A DNA stretch of 64,000 bases, taken from positions 51,026,001-51,090,000 of the forward strand of contig OX597814.1 of assembly GCA_951406725.2 (NCBI GenBank), in the 5' to 3' direction. Numbering within the stretch: position 1 is the first letter of the stretch; every line of letters begins with the position of its first letter. The stretch comes from Octopus vulgaris. Taxonomy: Eukaryota. This document shows, piece by piece, positions 1 through 14,576 of the stretch. Below the pieces are notes generated by a model, which saw nothing but the letters and a program-made list of their open reading frames with translations, did not search any database and was not told the origin of the DNA. The position numbers and the translations under genes are program-made.

Positions 1-1412
1 ATCTGTGATATCTACTTCATGTAGTGAGGCTGACTTCAGCTTGAACAAAATAACTGTCACAGTGAATTTCTGCTGATAATCAAAATCCTATTTTGCTTGA
101 CACTATTGTTGATATACTGTGTTAAAACTAAATGTTTGTTATTTCTGTTGCATCACTAAGAATAGGAATGTATATTTGATAAAACAGTTAAAATAAAAAT
201 AGGAACCCACTTTTCCTACTACCATGTCTTGATGTTCTATTCCTTCCCTGTTGGAAGATATGTAAAAAAAAATTGTAAATAAAACTGGGAGGTCTATTTT
301 ATATTTATTTTCCTCTCTTCTGGCAAATATCATAAGATAGAAATGAGATAGTAATGTGTGTCAGCTAAAGCAATAGGTGGTCTTAAATGATACCTCCTGG
401 GTAGGCTTGCATGAAAACTGGCCTGAAACTCTATATCCACTGGGAAAAAGATCTAGATCCCTGGTTTGCAATATGAGCTTTATCTGAACTGATGCATAAA
501 TCAGGCATCCAAGCCAGCTCACTGGGTGGCCATCTTTCTTGTCCAGAGGGATTCAGCTTGTGAGAAATCTTTTCTTCTCCTCAATACTTCTTCCCCTGAA
601 AATACTTTACTATTTAACCATTACATTTTATAACACCTGTCAGCTTGGGTTCATTCTAAAAATAATTATATTTTGAATAGGTTTCTTTCTCTTTAACTGT
701 CAAGAATATGAATCTAAAGTGAATGAAGTCACTCCTGTTGAAAAGTTATGTCTTTACGATGCAAAGTATATATAGTGATATATATAGCAATATATACAAA
801 GACATATTTTATAATAGTTATATCAATTGATATCTCAATTAGTTATTCCCACTAGTAAATAGCAAATTTTATCTAAAAATTGGTCTAATGAGTTCTACTT
901 TTTTTCTTTGTTTTTCTGTATTTGAAATTTTTACCTATTTTGTTCATATACTTCAATTATATTTTTATATACATGAAAATTATATTCTTTATTCATACCA
1001 GTTTCCTAGGTTTTCACTAGAAATAATTCTGAATTTGTGAATGCTTGGCACCTTGGACAAGTTTCTTAAACTATAGCCCCAAATCAATCAAAGTCTGAGT
1101 GGATTGATAGACAAACTGAAGAGAGAGAGAGAGAGAGAGAGAAGTGTGTATGTGTGAGTGTATCTCTGTATTTCCCTGTCATCTAATCAGTATCAATCAT
1201 TTCTAATATTCTGTGAGAACATTTCTGGCCAAGGAGAAATATTACCTTCAATTGAAGATATGGAAAAGTGGACATTAGAATGATAAAGTTATATATATAT
1301 ATATATATACAGAGAGAGAGAGAGAGAGATGTATATATATATATATATAGATATATATATTTATATATAGATATAGATAGATATATGTATATATAGACAG
1401 ATATATATGTAT

Positions 1413-1692
1413 GTCATCATCATCATCATCATCATTTAGCGTCCGCTTTCCATGCTAGCATGGGTTGGACGGGTCAACTGGGGTCTGGGAAGCTGGAAGG
1501 CTTCGTCAGGCCCAGTCAGATCTGGCAGTGTTTCTACAGCTGGATGCCCTTCCTAACGCCAACCACTCCGCGAGTGTAGTGGGTGTTTTTTACGTGCCAC
1601 CTGCACAGGTGCCAGACAGAGCTGGCGAACGGCCACGAACGGATGGTGCTTTTACGTGTCACCGACACGGGGCCAGACAGAGCTGGCAACAG
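1413..1692 (-). mobile_element. Young 3'-end copy of the RTE LINE family with (TGA)n tail
   Basis: (ATC)n then ttagcgtccgctttccatgctagcatgggttggac; about 4 differences in ~215 bp from the copy at 30770-31007. Confidence 0.85.
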
Positions 1693-1965
1693 TTGCTCTG
1701 AATTTGCTTCAGAAAGGGGTCTACGTTTGTGATGATGGGGGTGCTAGGGATGTGGCCAAGATGTCAAGGGGGCAGCAGCCCCAAAAAGTTTGGGAATCAC
1801 TGAACTAGATTATGACTAGGAGATAACAGTTTACTCAGAGTAGCTGCCCTCAGCTTCCACCATGGCGTATACATATATATATATATAAATATATGTATGT
1901 ATATATACATATATATAGATAGATATATGTATGTGTATATATATATGTGTATGTATATATGTTTG

Positions 1966-2013
<48 letters not shown>

Positions 2014-2021
2014 TATACGTA

Positions 2022-2424
2022 TGTGGCCGACGAAAGTACCGCCTGATTGGCACCTGTGCCAGTGGAACATTAAAAGCATCGTTCGAGCATGATCACTGCC
2101 AGGGCCGCTGGCTGGTTCCCATACCGGTGGCATGTAAAAAGCACCATTCGAGCATGGTCATTGCCAGTGCCACCAGACTGGTTCCTGTGCATGTTGCATG
2201 TAAAAAAGCACAATTTGAGCATGGCCATTGCCAGTACCGCCTGACTGTGGCACGTAAAATCACCCACTACACTCTTGGAGTGGTTGACATTAGGAAGGGC
2301 ATCAAGCTGTAGAAACTCTGCCAGATCAGATTGGGGCCTGGTGTAGCTTTCTTGCTCGCCAGTCCTCAGTCAAACCGTCCAACCCATGCCAGCATGGAAA
2401 GTGGACGTTAAATGATGATGATGA
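2022..2424 (+). mobile_element. RTE LINE 3'-UTR copy with ~64-bp internal subrepeats
   Basis: Same terminal sequence ...caacccatgccagcatggaaagtggacgttaaatgatgatg. Confidence 0.8.
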
Positions 2425-3766
2425 GGAAATATATATATGTATGTATGTGTGTGTATACATATACATATATATACAAATGAGATATTGTTCATAAAATGCT
2501 TATAGATATTCTCAAAAAGCAAACAATTAGAGATGCTATCCAACTCATTGTCTATGTAAAACATTGTTCCACAACAGAGCTCTCTTAACTCCTGTGTTTT
2601 ACCATTCTGCCCAGTGAATATTCATTGGAAAATTTTAATGATATTTAATTTAATCAAACTTCATCCTACAGAAAAAGTGTTAAAAATATGCCCAATAAAA
2701 TCAACATGTTAGGAAAAACTTACTATTTCATTGAGTTTCACTATTTCCATTTGAAACAAATTTTATTTTTAAAAAATATTCTTTTAATGACCTTAGCTTA
2801 AAAAGATATAGTTTTATGAAATCAGCATGAAAACAAGATTTGCATCAAACATCATTATTGTAACAAACACAATTACTAATTCCCAAAGTGACAGCCCCCT
2901 CTACTCAATCAGCACATTGATTGCTTATATCATAACATATAATATCTGTGGTGGTAACTACTTATTAGAATTTTTTTGTTTTGTGGGACTTGTAATACCA
3001 TTTTTGGAAATATAATTAGAAAATTTTTTATTTCATATAAAATTAAAATTAGCTGTCATTCAATTAGAACTTATTTGATTTATGACCTTTGTAATTTTGG
3101 CTAACTTGGTTGTAACTCAGGCAGCATTCATATTTTTCTAAATATATCTTCTATAAAGTGGAAATTTGTTAACCTGAAAACAAAGAACTATTCGATCCAT
3201 AGCAATCCATAGAGATTGTGATTGTTAAAAACATTTCTAATCAATCACCTTCACTCCCTTCTCTTTGGCAGGATTTTTTTTTTCTTAATATTTTGGCAAA
3301 TGTTTTAAATTTATCAGTTCACCAACATCCAAAATTTCATACTGTTTCCTTTAGTTAAATATGCAAACTTGACATCTTTGTTTTCATCTTCACATATTTA
3401 TCATGTCCTTCAAATTTTGCATCCATTTCATGAAGATAATTTTCCTGTTTCTTTTGATTTTCCTCTTTCATTTACCATTTATAAGGTCTAATTTTGTGTT
3501 GACTTTGCTCAGTAGCTGGTGTGATTAAAATTTCTAAGGTCCTATGTTTATACTTCATAAAACCCCAAAATATTTTGTAGCTGGATTTTATACAAAATAT
3601 ATTATTGTTTTCTTATATTTTTTAAAGTTTCTGGGAGCATTTTTGCAGCTTTAACTTGGGAATCTGTGTATCAGGAGTTTTATATTCTCTTTATTTTCTC
3701 AAACCTTATTAAAATTATAAATTTTGTATTTTAGACGTTTAAGTGACTTAGCTTGTTCTTTTGCAG

Positions 3767-4023
3767 AACACTCCGATGATTTAGTTTGTGATATGGACCT
3801 GAGTGAGCCCAGTGGCTCTGCTACACCATCATCATCTTGTTCATTAGATCATGGTGGTCAGAGTCCAAGTGGCATGAGTGAATCTCCAGCTTCTCCAGGA
3901 GTTGAAAATATCTCTCCAGACCAGCTCCCTTTCAGCATTGGAATTTCTGAAACAAATCCTTATGGTTGTCCACATTGTGACAAAGCATTTCCTCGTCATA
4001 GTTACCTGAAGCTACATGAACAA
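3767..4023 (+). CDS. ZNF423: ZNF423/ZNF521 (Oaz) ortholog, first exon visible in window (phase 1 to 0); Ser/Pro-rich segment plus most of a C2H2 finger
   Basis: Acceptor ttttgcag ends at 3766 and donor gtaagt starts at 4024. Encodes EHSDD...PYGCPHCDKAFPRHSYLKLHEQ, and the finger is completed by the next exon (EH). No start codon or MSRRKQ-type N-terminus seen upstream. Confidence 0.85.
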
Positions 4024-5257
4024 GTAAGTCCACAACTGATGTAATTTATTCTACAATATGATATCCTTCTAGAAATAATTTCATGATATATATATATACA
4101 CATATAATATATAAAATTAGCTGTTTTGTGTAAGTACAAAGTAAACAACAGGTTTGAGTTTTACTTTACAATATGCGACTTGAAGTGTCATTCTTTCTTA
4201 CATCGTGGCCTCAATTCTACTTATTTTCTCTAAAGTATAGTTCATAATCACTTTCTTGTTTATACTCCACTCTCTAAGTCCAAATCCTGCAAAAAGCAGC
4301 TTTTCATTTCATCTTTTTTTGAGGTCAATTAAAAAGTACCAATCCAGAGCAGTAGAGTAATAGAAATGTGAGAGGGTTGGGTAAGATGATTTGTGATATC
4401 TCTTCCAACTTTTTACATTTTAACAAGAACAGCCATGATAACACTGGCGATAGACTGTATTGGCTCTAGGCCCGCACATACATGTATAGAAGAATGGTTA
4501 ACCTTGAACATTGGTGGTGGTGGTGTGTGTGTGTGTGTGTATCATTTAACATCCATGTTTCGTGCTGGCATGAGTTGGACACTTTGCCAGGATCTGATGG
4601 GTCCAAGGACTGCATTCTGCCCCATGTCACTTTGGCATGGTTTCTATGGCTGGATGTCCTTCATAACACCAACCACTTTACAGCATGTACTGGGTGTTTT
4701 TTTGTGCTCCCAGCATTATTTAGATTGTCGTGCAGCTTGCAAGACTGTGAAATCCAAGGAAGGGTGGACAGCTTTATACTAGCAGAAGAGGAGTTAAATT
4801 AGGAGAGGTGGGACAGAGCAGTTTCTAGTTGAGAAACTGCTTGGCTACTCATATATATATATATATACACACATACACACGCACATACACACATACACAC
4901 ACACACACATATATATATTCTTTTACTTACTTATATAAAAAAATTTTATTAGTAGGTTTCATTCAAAGTCTTATAGTAAATAATCATATCTTATCCTGTT
5001 AATTTTAATGACTCCCCTTTGCTACAGTTATTTAATCAGAGTACTAGAGAATTATGTTGAGGATATCCTGTTGTTCCATATTCAATCCAAGTCAGTAAAC
5101 CCTGATACTCAATGCCTATTAAAGGGTTCCAAGAAATAAGGATTTCACAAAGAAAGTATGCTACTTAGATAGGAAGAAATACAAACCTGAGTGTACCACA
5201 TATTGAATGTTGTGCAAACCTGTTAATACTATATTCCCAATCCTAAAAATTTTTTTT

Positions 5258-5457
5258 TTTTACTTGTTTCAGTCATTAGATTGTGGCCATGCTGGGGTAC
5301 TACTTGAAGGGTTTAGTCAAACAAATTGACCCCATAACTTATTTTTAAGTCTGGTACTTATTCTACTGGTTTCTTTTGCCAAACTACTAAATTATAGAGA
5401 TGAAAACACACCATCACCAGTTGTTAAGTAGTGGTGGAGCACAAATACAGACACATA

Positions 5458-5512
<55 letters not shown>

Positions 5513-5702
5513 GTGTGTATGTATATATATTTCATATATTACATATGTACAACAGGCTTCTTTCAGTTTGTCTACCAAATCCTCTCATAAGGCTTTGGTC
5601 AGCCCAAGGCTATAGTAGAAGGCACTTACCCAAGGTGCCACACAATGGAACAAAACTTGGAACCATGTGGTTAGGATGCAGGCTTCTTACCATACAGCCT
5701 TA
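5258..5702 (-). mobile_element. tRNA-derived SINE with internal (TA)n
   Basis: Head ggctgtatggtaagaag, body caccttgggtaagtg, tail atgactgaaacaagtaaaa; plus-strand relatives at about 31305-31655 and 44035-44420. Confidence 0.75.
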
Positions 5703-6230
5703 CCATTTCCATCAACCAAACTCACTCACAAGGCACTGATCAGCTCAGGGGTATAGTAGAAGACAACTTACCCAAGGTGTTGTGCACTAGACTGAACCCG
5801 AAACCACATGATTTGCAAAACAGGATTCTTAACCACATAGCAAAAAGAGAAAAGAAAAAAACAAGCCACACTTATCTGTAGAATTATTTACAGTTTTTCA
5901 TAGACATATTCTGAGTCACATATTTAAACCAGTTCATGCAAACATCAAGAACACAATTTATCTAATTTACTCCCAATAATATACCAAACCTGTATACTCT
6001 AGATGGGATAAGGAAAATTTACTATTTCTTACTTAACTAGAAGCATGTGTGGTTGCTTGGTCTGCTAGAAATAGTACCCCAAATTTCCCTCAAAATTTAT
6101 CTGTTGCCTTCACAAAAAAAGATCATGTTTTATTTTATAATTTGGAATGTATTTTGTCTGGAGAAAAGATGGGGTGATTACAGTTGGAATTCTGTTGATC
6201 CTAGGTCAGTTCATTCAGTGCTGATCTATG

Positions 6231-6453
6231 TTAACCCTTTCGTTACTGTATTTATTTTGAGATGCTCCGTATTTCTTTCAATTACTTTAAATATAACATT
6301 TAGTACAATAACTTAGTTATCATTCAGCTAGTGTTAGGAACATAAATTGTGACTAAGGTTTGGTGGAAGATTTTAATTCAAAACTTATGAAAACAAGATA
6401 TTTGTACTCAGAGCCAGGGCCGGTTTCGGCTGGGTTGGTAACGGAAGGGTAAA
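6231..6453. mobile_element. piggyBac-like MITE
   Basis: TTAA-CCCTTTCGTTAC ... GTAACGGAAGGG-TAAA; related decayed copies at about 6600-6820, 25920-26140 and (split) 49321-50408. Confidence 0.65.
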
Positions 6454-7675
6454 ATTACTATGAGTGAAAGTTTCCTTCTTTTTAACTTTACCTCTTTCTA
6501 TATTTTCTAATCACATCCAATTTATTGATCACATCACTGACCAAAATCACTACAAAAAGACAAATTGTGACAAATGTACATACTGCCCAGCACTTTTAAC
6601 AGTTTTGTTACCATATTTCTGTCGAAACTCACAGCCTTTATTTCATTTAAATTTTAAAATAATGGAGAATTTAGTAAAATAACTTTGTCATTATGAAGCT
6701 AGTATTTGGGACACAAATTAATATGGAATTTTGATAGAAAGTTTTAAGCTCAGTTTAAAATCAGAGGTTTGTATCATAGAACCAGAGGCAGTATCAGCAG
6801 GTTGTTATCAAAAGGGTTAATATTTTTAATCGTCTCTGTTAGCTCCACTTGTAATAATTTCTAAACTGTATTGATCTTGTTATATCCATTTACTACTGTT
6901 AATGCTCTATCCCATCCAATTTTGCAGGAGCCTATATGTGATCACTCAATCTGCTAGAAATACCAGCCAACTCTCCCTCAAATAACACCCTTCTCCCTTT
7001 AATAAAAAATTAACACATTCAATATAGCTGAATAAAAGATGGGATGATCAATGCTTGAGCATCTTTAGATTTGCTTCATTGGAGTTGACAGAGCTAAATA
7101 ACAGCAATGACTCTCAATACTGTCCCTTTTCTTCACTAACTACATTCAAAATGTCCTTCATATTCAGTATAAATTCTAAATTAATTTATGGAAATTTTTT
7201 AATGCCTGTCTAGATAGCTTTCTTACTTTCTTTCTATCTCTATTTATTTATTTATCCCTTCCCTTTACAAGTAAGATCATGTTATTGCCAGCATAGTGCA
7301 AGAAAAGCTATAACAGTCCCTGTCCATTTGATGCGCTGTGTTGGAGTAGTAGGTAGAGGTAGGGTATGGGCTCTTTACTTCTGACTGAAGGGTTGATGCT
7401 TCACTCAGTCTAGCTATAGTGATATGTAACAAAACATGTTTCTTTAAGTAATTCTAAGATGCAACTTTGTTTGTAAATAACCAGCTTGTACCTATTTATT
7501 ATTTGTTTATATATATATATATGTTTGCAAGTGTTATCATTTTTGTCCTTTAGTGGTGAAGAAGAAATCATTTTTTTAAACAATTAATTTTTACAATATT
7601 TACATACATACATGCATGCGCGCACACACACACACACAACATGGATAAGGTAACAAATTTATCTTACCTTCGTGC

Positions 7676-7750
<75 letters not shown>

Positions 7751-9560
7751 GTAACTACTGCCTCTATCACAAATCCTTTGAGCTTTTCTGTCATCTGTCA
7801 GTTCCTTATCTGCTGCTAATACCAAATTACTTCTCACTGCAAGTCAGTTGTCAAAAATGATATCTATTTACTCACCTGAGATCAATCTAGATAACTGTAG
7901 TGTTCAAATATCTTCAAACTTACTGGCAAGTGAATGGTGGGGAGCACTAACACATTGATTCAATTTTTCTTTTTATCTTTATTTTGTAGTTCCTATAACA
8001 TGACAATTACACAAATTTTTAACCAAATCATCACCTTAAAATGTTCTCTCTTTATTTTGTTTTGTTCTTTCTATATTTTTTTTGATCTTTGTTTTTTTTT
8101 TTGTGTGGTGATGGAGGTGTCATTGATTGTGTGTGGATGACTGTTGTTACAAGTGGAATGATGCCTTTGTATTGAATATTTACTGCTATTGTTGCTGTTG
8201 TTCTTGCAGTCTTGTACTAGTTACATTTCAGAACATTCAGTGTTAAAACCGTTTCAAAATTTCTGGTAACCATTTTAAGAATATTTAAGAAAAGTGTCCT
8301 TATGTTGCTTAGTAAACCTTTATGTGACATGTGTACTGCCACAACTTTGATCAGAGAAAATACACTGCAAAACAGAATGCACGTGCGTGTGTGTGTGTGT
8401 GTCATCATCATCATCATTTAACGTCTACTTTCCATACCAGCATGGGTTATGTATGTGTGTGTGTGTGTATTTCGTTATCATCATTCCATTTTTCCATGCT
8501 GGCATGAGTTGAACAATTTTACAGGACCCAGTTAACCACAGGGCTGGATGTACTTCCTAATACCATCCACCTTACTGCATGTACTGGGTGTTTTTTCATA
8601 CCGCCTGCTTTTTCCTTGCCATATTTGCATGCATCCACACACACACACACATAGATAGGGAGAAAGTTTGGGAGTAAGTTATCAGCAAGAGGAATTAGAT
8701 AAATTGCTTTTGTTGAGATTATTTACACAGCTAATCCTCTCAGAAAAGGTGCAACTATCACAACCTATTCCATTTTACCTCTCTCTAAAGTTTACCACTT
8801 ATTGATAGGTACAGATAACCCTGGTTGAAATTAAACATTTGATGTTTGAGATTATGGAAAAAGCTATGCTGCAAGTGCATACATGCATGTAGAAATACTT
8901 GTGCTTTAAGGAAGATGAGTCAATTGGCCTTCAAATTCAAGTTATGGAAGTAAATGTAATTTAAAGTATCTGGTTGATAAGTTATGAGTTAATATTGAGT
9001 ACTGAATACAGTATTTAGCATATATTGTTCCCTATTACTTAACTTAGATATTTTAAAATGATAATGTGGAAATTATCAGGGAAACTAAGATCAGGGGTCT
9101 TCGTTTTATTTTTTGAATTGTCACTTAGTTCTTTGTGGTGTTGTTTTCATGTTCACTTTTCTCAGCAAATCTTATAAAGCATACTATATTTGTGTATCAC
9201 ATAACATTATCGCTGCAGTTCATTGTTGTGGTGCAACTGGTTTCTAAATAAATCCTCCAACATGACACTGTTTTTGACAATCGTACCAATCTTATCACAA
9301 ATTCTACAATGAAATTTCTTCGATTAAAGTTTAATAGATTTGTAGTTCCAAATACTCTGACATTAATTGACATTTAACTGAGTTGTTTCATTAGCTGTTG
9401 AAATTGAGTTTGGTCCCTTAATAATAAAGGCTGCTTTTGTTCAACTTCTACATTGTCCTATTATACCCTTATTGTCCATTAACAAATTCGTCACATATGT
9501 ACTTGTTTATGCATGTAAGCCAAAATCTCATACAGGTTACAATTACAATGTATTGATAAA

Positions 9561-9657
<97 letters not shown>

Positions 9658-9905
9658 CATGTAGGTAACTTATTACTTATATTTACCATGTCCCAATAAG
9701 ATGTTCATCTAAACTCAACTTTCATATTTCTTTCATGTGTACTCACATACATGTATATACATGTGCATTACATAAACTTATGCAGTCTCACAACATTGCC
9801 ATATGCACATTTGCTTGTATACAAAGAAACTTTATATTTTCATTTTGGAATATTGTTTTGTATACTCAGAGAATCGTTACCTTCCTGTGTTTCCATAACC
9901 TGGTA

Positions 9906-10120
9906 TGTCTTGGGAGTCATTTTCTTTTTGTGCCTTTAATGTAACACACTGACTGGTAAAATTTCCACTTCTTTCTTTTTTTTTTTTTCATAAAATTTTC
10001 GTTGCGTCTTGCAAGACGCAACAAAAATTTTAGGAAAGTAAAAAGAAGAAATAAGTGGAAATTTTATCGGTGAGTGTGTTACATTATAAGGCACAAAAAG
10101 AAAATGACTCTCCCCAGACA
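9906..10120. repeat. Imperfect ~215-bp palindrome (foldback/MITE-like) in a ZNF423 intron
   Basis: Loopless 22-bp core gttgcgtcttg/caagacgcaac (10001-10022); outer arms gagtcattttctttttgtgcctt / aaggcacaaaaagaaaatgactc. Confidence 0.85.
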
Positions 10121-11728
10121 CAGCAAATTATGCTTCAACACACGAACTCATATAAAGAATCTTGCAAACCAAATCCAAAAACGAAACATAACCTGGTAGT
10201 TTGACAAAAACAAAAAGGGGATGATAGAATAAGCACCAGACTTAAAAATATTAGTAGTGGGATCAATTTAATTGACAAATCTCTTCACGGTGATGCTCCA
10301 GCATGGCCACATTTCAGTAACTGAAATGAGTAAAAGTATATACATGTATGTGTGTAAAATTTAGAAAAATATTACAGGAGATATGAAATCAAAACCAACA
10401 GTCAAGAAGCTTCAAAACAAATTTAACAACAAAGACTAAAAATTTTAGTAAATGAGAAAGAATACAAGATCATGATTTCTGATCAGGGAAATACCTGTGC
10501 ATGATATACAGAAAAGGAGTAGGCAGAAATTCCATGAGGTGTACCGACCCTAAATACACACAATGGGTGTGATAGAATTACAGGAGTGTTAGCTGAGAAG
10601 AAACACATCATATGTGACAGATGCACAGGAGTAACTAGCAGTAAACTTATACAATTGAGAAATCTCAAAAAGTTGAACCTCATGAAAGAGGTGTCAAAGA
10701 ATAAGTGATGGCACCTTCCAGAGAAGACCTGCCCACAAAAGCAAGCAATACAAACGGTCATTGAAATGGTGATAGTGGTATTGGTGGTGATGGAGGTTGG
10801 GGTATATTGTCAATCTACACACTTGTTCTTTCACCCATTGTATTCCTTTTTAAGTCTTCTTTTTCTGTCCCATTTATCCCTCCTATTTATCCCTAACCCT
10901 CTCTCAAATCCATTCTACCATATTTCTTGTGTAATGTGGAACAGGATTTGATCTGTTTGTGTACAATCTCTCTACTATCACCCTTTATCATTCTACTTCT
11001 CTTCCACCAGTACCACCACCACCTCTCTATTACTTTTCCCTTTCATTCTCCCTCATCCATCACAATGCCTGTGTAATGAAGGATATCACTGAACCTATCC
11101 AATGCCCTGTCCCAGCACTCATCTTTACTGTTAACCATCTTTCTTTCTTTCTTCTCTTATGCAACTGTTCACTCTCACCATCACCATCTCTGTTGCTCAT
11201 TACCACTTACTCTCCCTTATCACCAACATGTAGCTATCATCATCTCTCTTCCATTATTTTTTATCCAACCAACTTCCCACTCCAGTCACTCTCCTCCACC
11301 ACACTTATACTTTCTCTCCTTTCACACTATTAGGATTTAATTTCTCTTCTATTTACCCCAACCCCCACCTCTTCCACACGTGGTTGCCTTGAACGAATGG
11401 AGACTGCTTAGAGAAGACTTCTGTAATCTGGCAGGAGACCTGGCAACTTCTCTGGTGCTAGTGTCACAATAAAAGTAAACTCCTAGCCATAGAAACCATA
11501 TAAAACACTGAAACATATAAGCAAGTCATGGCCTTTCAACCCATCTACTTGCACATAACTTCAAATAAGAGCTGACACTATGACAAAACTGAAACACAAA
11601 GCAGATATAAAATGATGGGGAGCAAGAGGCCTGTAATGGTAACACTCATGACCGGATGTATATTACTACTGTACAAACATTAAAGATATTATCTTGTACT
11701 CAGCAAGATGTGAGTCCTTTCTACTTAC

Positions 11729-12190
11729 AATAATAATGATAATAATAATAATGAAATTATTGTATGCAGTGCTCAGGTGCACCACAACTTGTCAAAAGTG
11801 CGTATAAAGCATATGCAGTAATGTACAAATGTCTGGAAAGTGAACAGTGTATGAGTTAGATACATGCTTGCATGTGTATGGAGGGGAGAAAATCAGCTGT
11901 AGTATTGGCGAATCTCAGGAAGCATGGAAGTTTTGAAGGATGCAGTGCTCCAACAACTAACAACAGATGCCAGCAGTTTGTTCCATACTTCAGCAACTCT
12001 TAGTGTGAAAAAGTGTTTCCTAAAGTCATGGGAGCTGTGCTGTTTTCTGACTTTGTAAACATGTCCACGGGTGTTAGACAGGTGGAGTTTGAAAAGGTGC
12101 TTAGAGTTATTGTTAGTAAGATGGTTAATAATTTTATGGGTGTCTGCCAAGTCAGCTGCCAGTCATCAGAGTTTCAATGTATCCATGCCC
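11729..12190 (-). mobile_element. CR1-clade LINE 3' fragment with (ATT)n tail
   Basis: NTRGHVYKVRKQHSSHDFRKHFFTLRVAEVWNKL...TASFK, the typical CR1 ORF2 C-terminus. Confidence 0.85.
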
Positions 12191-13266
12191 AGAGAAGTAA
12201 GGTGTTCAGAATATGGCAAATGCCTGAAATGTTTCTGTTTATTCACCAACCACTTTGCAGTACACTGGATGCCTTTTATCCCAGCACCAGTACTAAGAGG
12301 TTTTCTTTTCAGTATGACTTAAAGAGACTTTCCTATCTTACATTGATTCTGTTTATTCACTAATCAGTTTACAATTTACTTGGTGCACATTATCGTGGCC
12401 ACAATATGTTTCCTACTCTTTCACAAAACTAAAGAGTTCTCTCTTCCTTACTAGCTTGTTCCTGTCCAATTTGTTTGCTATCACTAGGGACTTAACTCAC
12501 CCCAGCAGATAAAAGAAAAAGTGATGAAAGAGAATGAGAGTGAGTAAGTGTTAGAAGAGGAAATAATTCAGGAGAACCTTGTCAAAGGCCTTCTACAGAT
12601 CAACAAAAGCTAATAGAGTAGCTTACTCTTAGTTAAATTATGTATTAAAGTTATTGGCTGTAGATAACATTTGTTGGGAAACTATCAGGTGGAATGTAAG
12701 TCATACTGTCGGGAAAGATTACTCAGTATATGCTCACCTTCAGGTACAGGGACAAGGAAACTCTCCCTCCCTATCCTATTTCATCTGGAAGTTCCAGGAC
12801 CAAGAAATTGGCTTCACAAGTATAACAGGGCTCCATTATATTCACCTGTATCATGCAACTGCCATCTTTATGTCTATGACAAATTGCAGATATTGCACCA
12901 TCCCACTGAACTGTCATACTGTTACCACCAGTTTAGCTTTCAGTTAGCTACTTTTGAGCTATTGGCTATTTATACAATCTCATAAATTCTCACCCAGTTT
13001 ACATTTTGACAGGAATGGCTAAGAAAGGGAGACTACTTCTATGTATTGGGTCAGATTTGCCTCTCATTCACCAGCGATAGCACAGTTACCAATTCCACCA
13101 TGTAATCCTAAAAAGCCAAAAAGAGAACGCCTTACTCTCCCAATGATAATCTGCTTTGTTCAGTATTAAAGCATCCAAACAGTGGAGAGCACTTCTTATA
13201 TCTGTAAAACATTCACTAATGCAAAACAGAATAAAACTATTAACATAAATGTATTTGATGTTAATG

Positions 13267-13305
13267 ATATATGTGTGTGTGTGTGTATGCATGTACATAC
13301 AAACA

Positions 13306-13341
<36 letters not shown>

Positions 13342-13454
13342 CACACACACACAAACATATTTACGTGAAGATATGTGTAAATACATATATTTATATATGC
13401 ATACACATTGACTATTACATACATATATATCATGTGTATGTGTTTGTACATATG

Positions 13455-13541
<87 letters not shown>

Positions 13542-13623
13542 TATATATATATATATGCATATATATATATATATGCATATATATATATGCATATATATAT
13601 ATATACATATGCATATATATATA

Positions 13624-13702
<79 letters not shown>

Positions 13703-13843
13703 GCATACAGGTACATATGCACACATATATTAATGTTTACGTATACATGTATATATATATATGTTTATATGTGCACATATGCATGTGTGTATATATTCAT
13801 ATATATATAAATATATATACACACACACACGTGTGTGTATTAT
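13267..13843. repeat. Compound (AT)n/(ATGC)/(AC)n microsatellite field
   Basis: Directly visible; source of several spurious Tyr/Ile ORFs. Confidence 0.95.
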
Positions 13844-14436
13844 AGCATTTGAGTTTGGAGAATATCAGACTTGTAACAATGATGCTGGTAATGAGGCATG
13901 GTAACGTTTGGGCACTCAGTGATTGGCAATGGCAAAAAATTGTGATGTTTTTGTCTTGATTTGTTCTTTTTTAGCTTCTTTTTGTTGTTGTTGTCTCTGA
14001 TGACAACGATGATGATGATGATGATGATAGGGAGTGAAGCTGATGGTGCTAAAGTGTAATTGGGTTGTTAAGTATAATGTTTCAGTGAAGTTAACAAAAT
14101 TACTATCTCAAGTGGTGTGTACTAAATGTTTTTAATGTCAGCTGTCTGTGTAAAACTAACCATACAGTTTATCAACCTGAGTTTTTATCATTATTGCCTC
14201 TGTCAAACTACACCACTGTAGAATGTGTTTGCTGTAGGTTTTAAATCTGCTTGCCTTCTCTCACTGTGTTTGTTGTTGCCACAGTGAAGAACATCATTAT
14301 ATCTTGTTTTACTCCAGTCGCCCATTATTAGTGGCAAACTGGTAAATATTTTTCATCTCCTACATCCAGAATTGATTTTCCTTTTTGCTTTTTTTTTTTT
14401 TTTTTTTCTATAATGTTTCTTTCTTTGACACTTCAG

Positions 14437-14576
14437 GAGCATGGAGAACTGATGCCATTCCGCTGCAGCTACTGCAGTCGCCTATTCCGACACAAACGCA
14501 GTCGTGACCGTCATGTCAAACTGCACACAGGGGACAAGAAGTATAAATGTTCCCAGTGTGATGCTGCATTTGCAAG
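14437..14576 (+). CDS. ZNF423: ZNF423/521 ortholog internal exon (phase 0 to 2), absent from the ORF track
   Basis: cttcag acceptor, gtgaga donor. Translates [47 protein letters not shown], closely matching the ZNF423/521 [30 protein letters not shown] segment as I recall it. Confidence 0.95.

Noticed and set aside
13086-13845. Long Tyr/Ile-rich ORFs (also near 1797-2312, 5400-5739, 39614-39823)
   Set aside because: Translations of (AT)n microsatellites.
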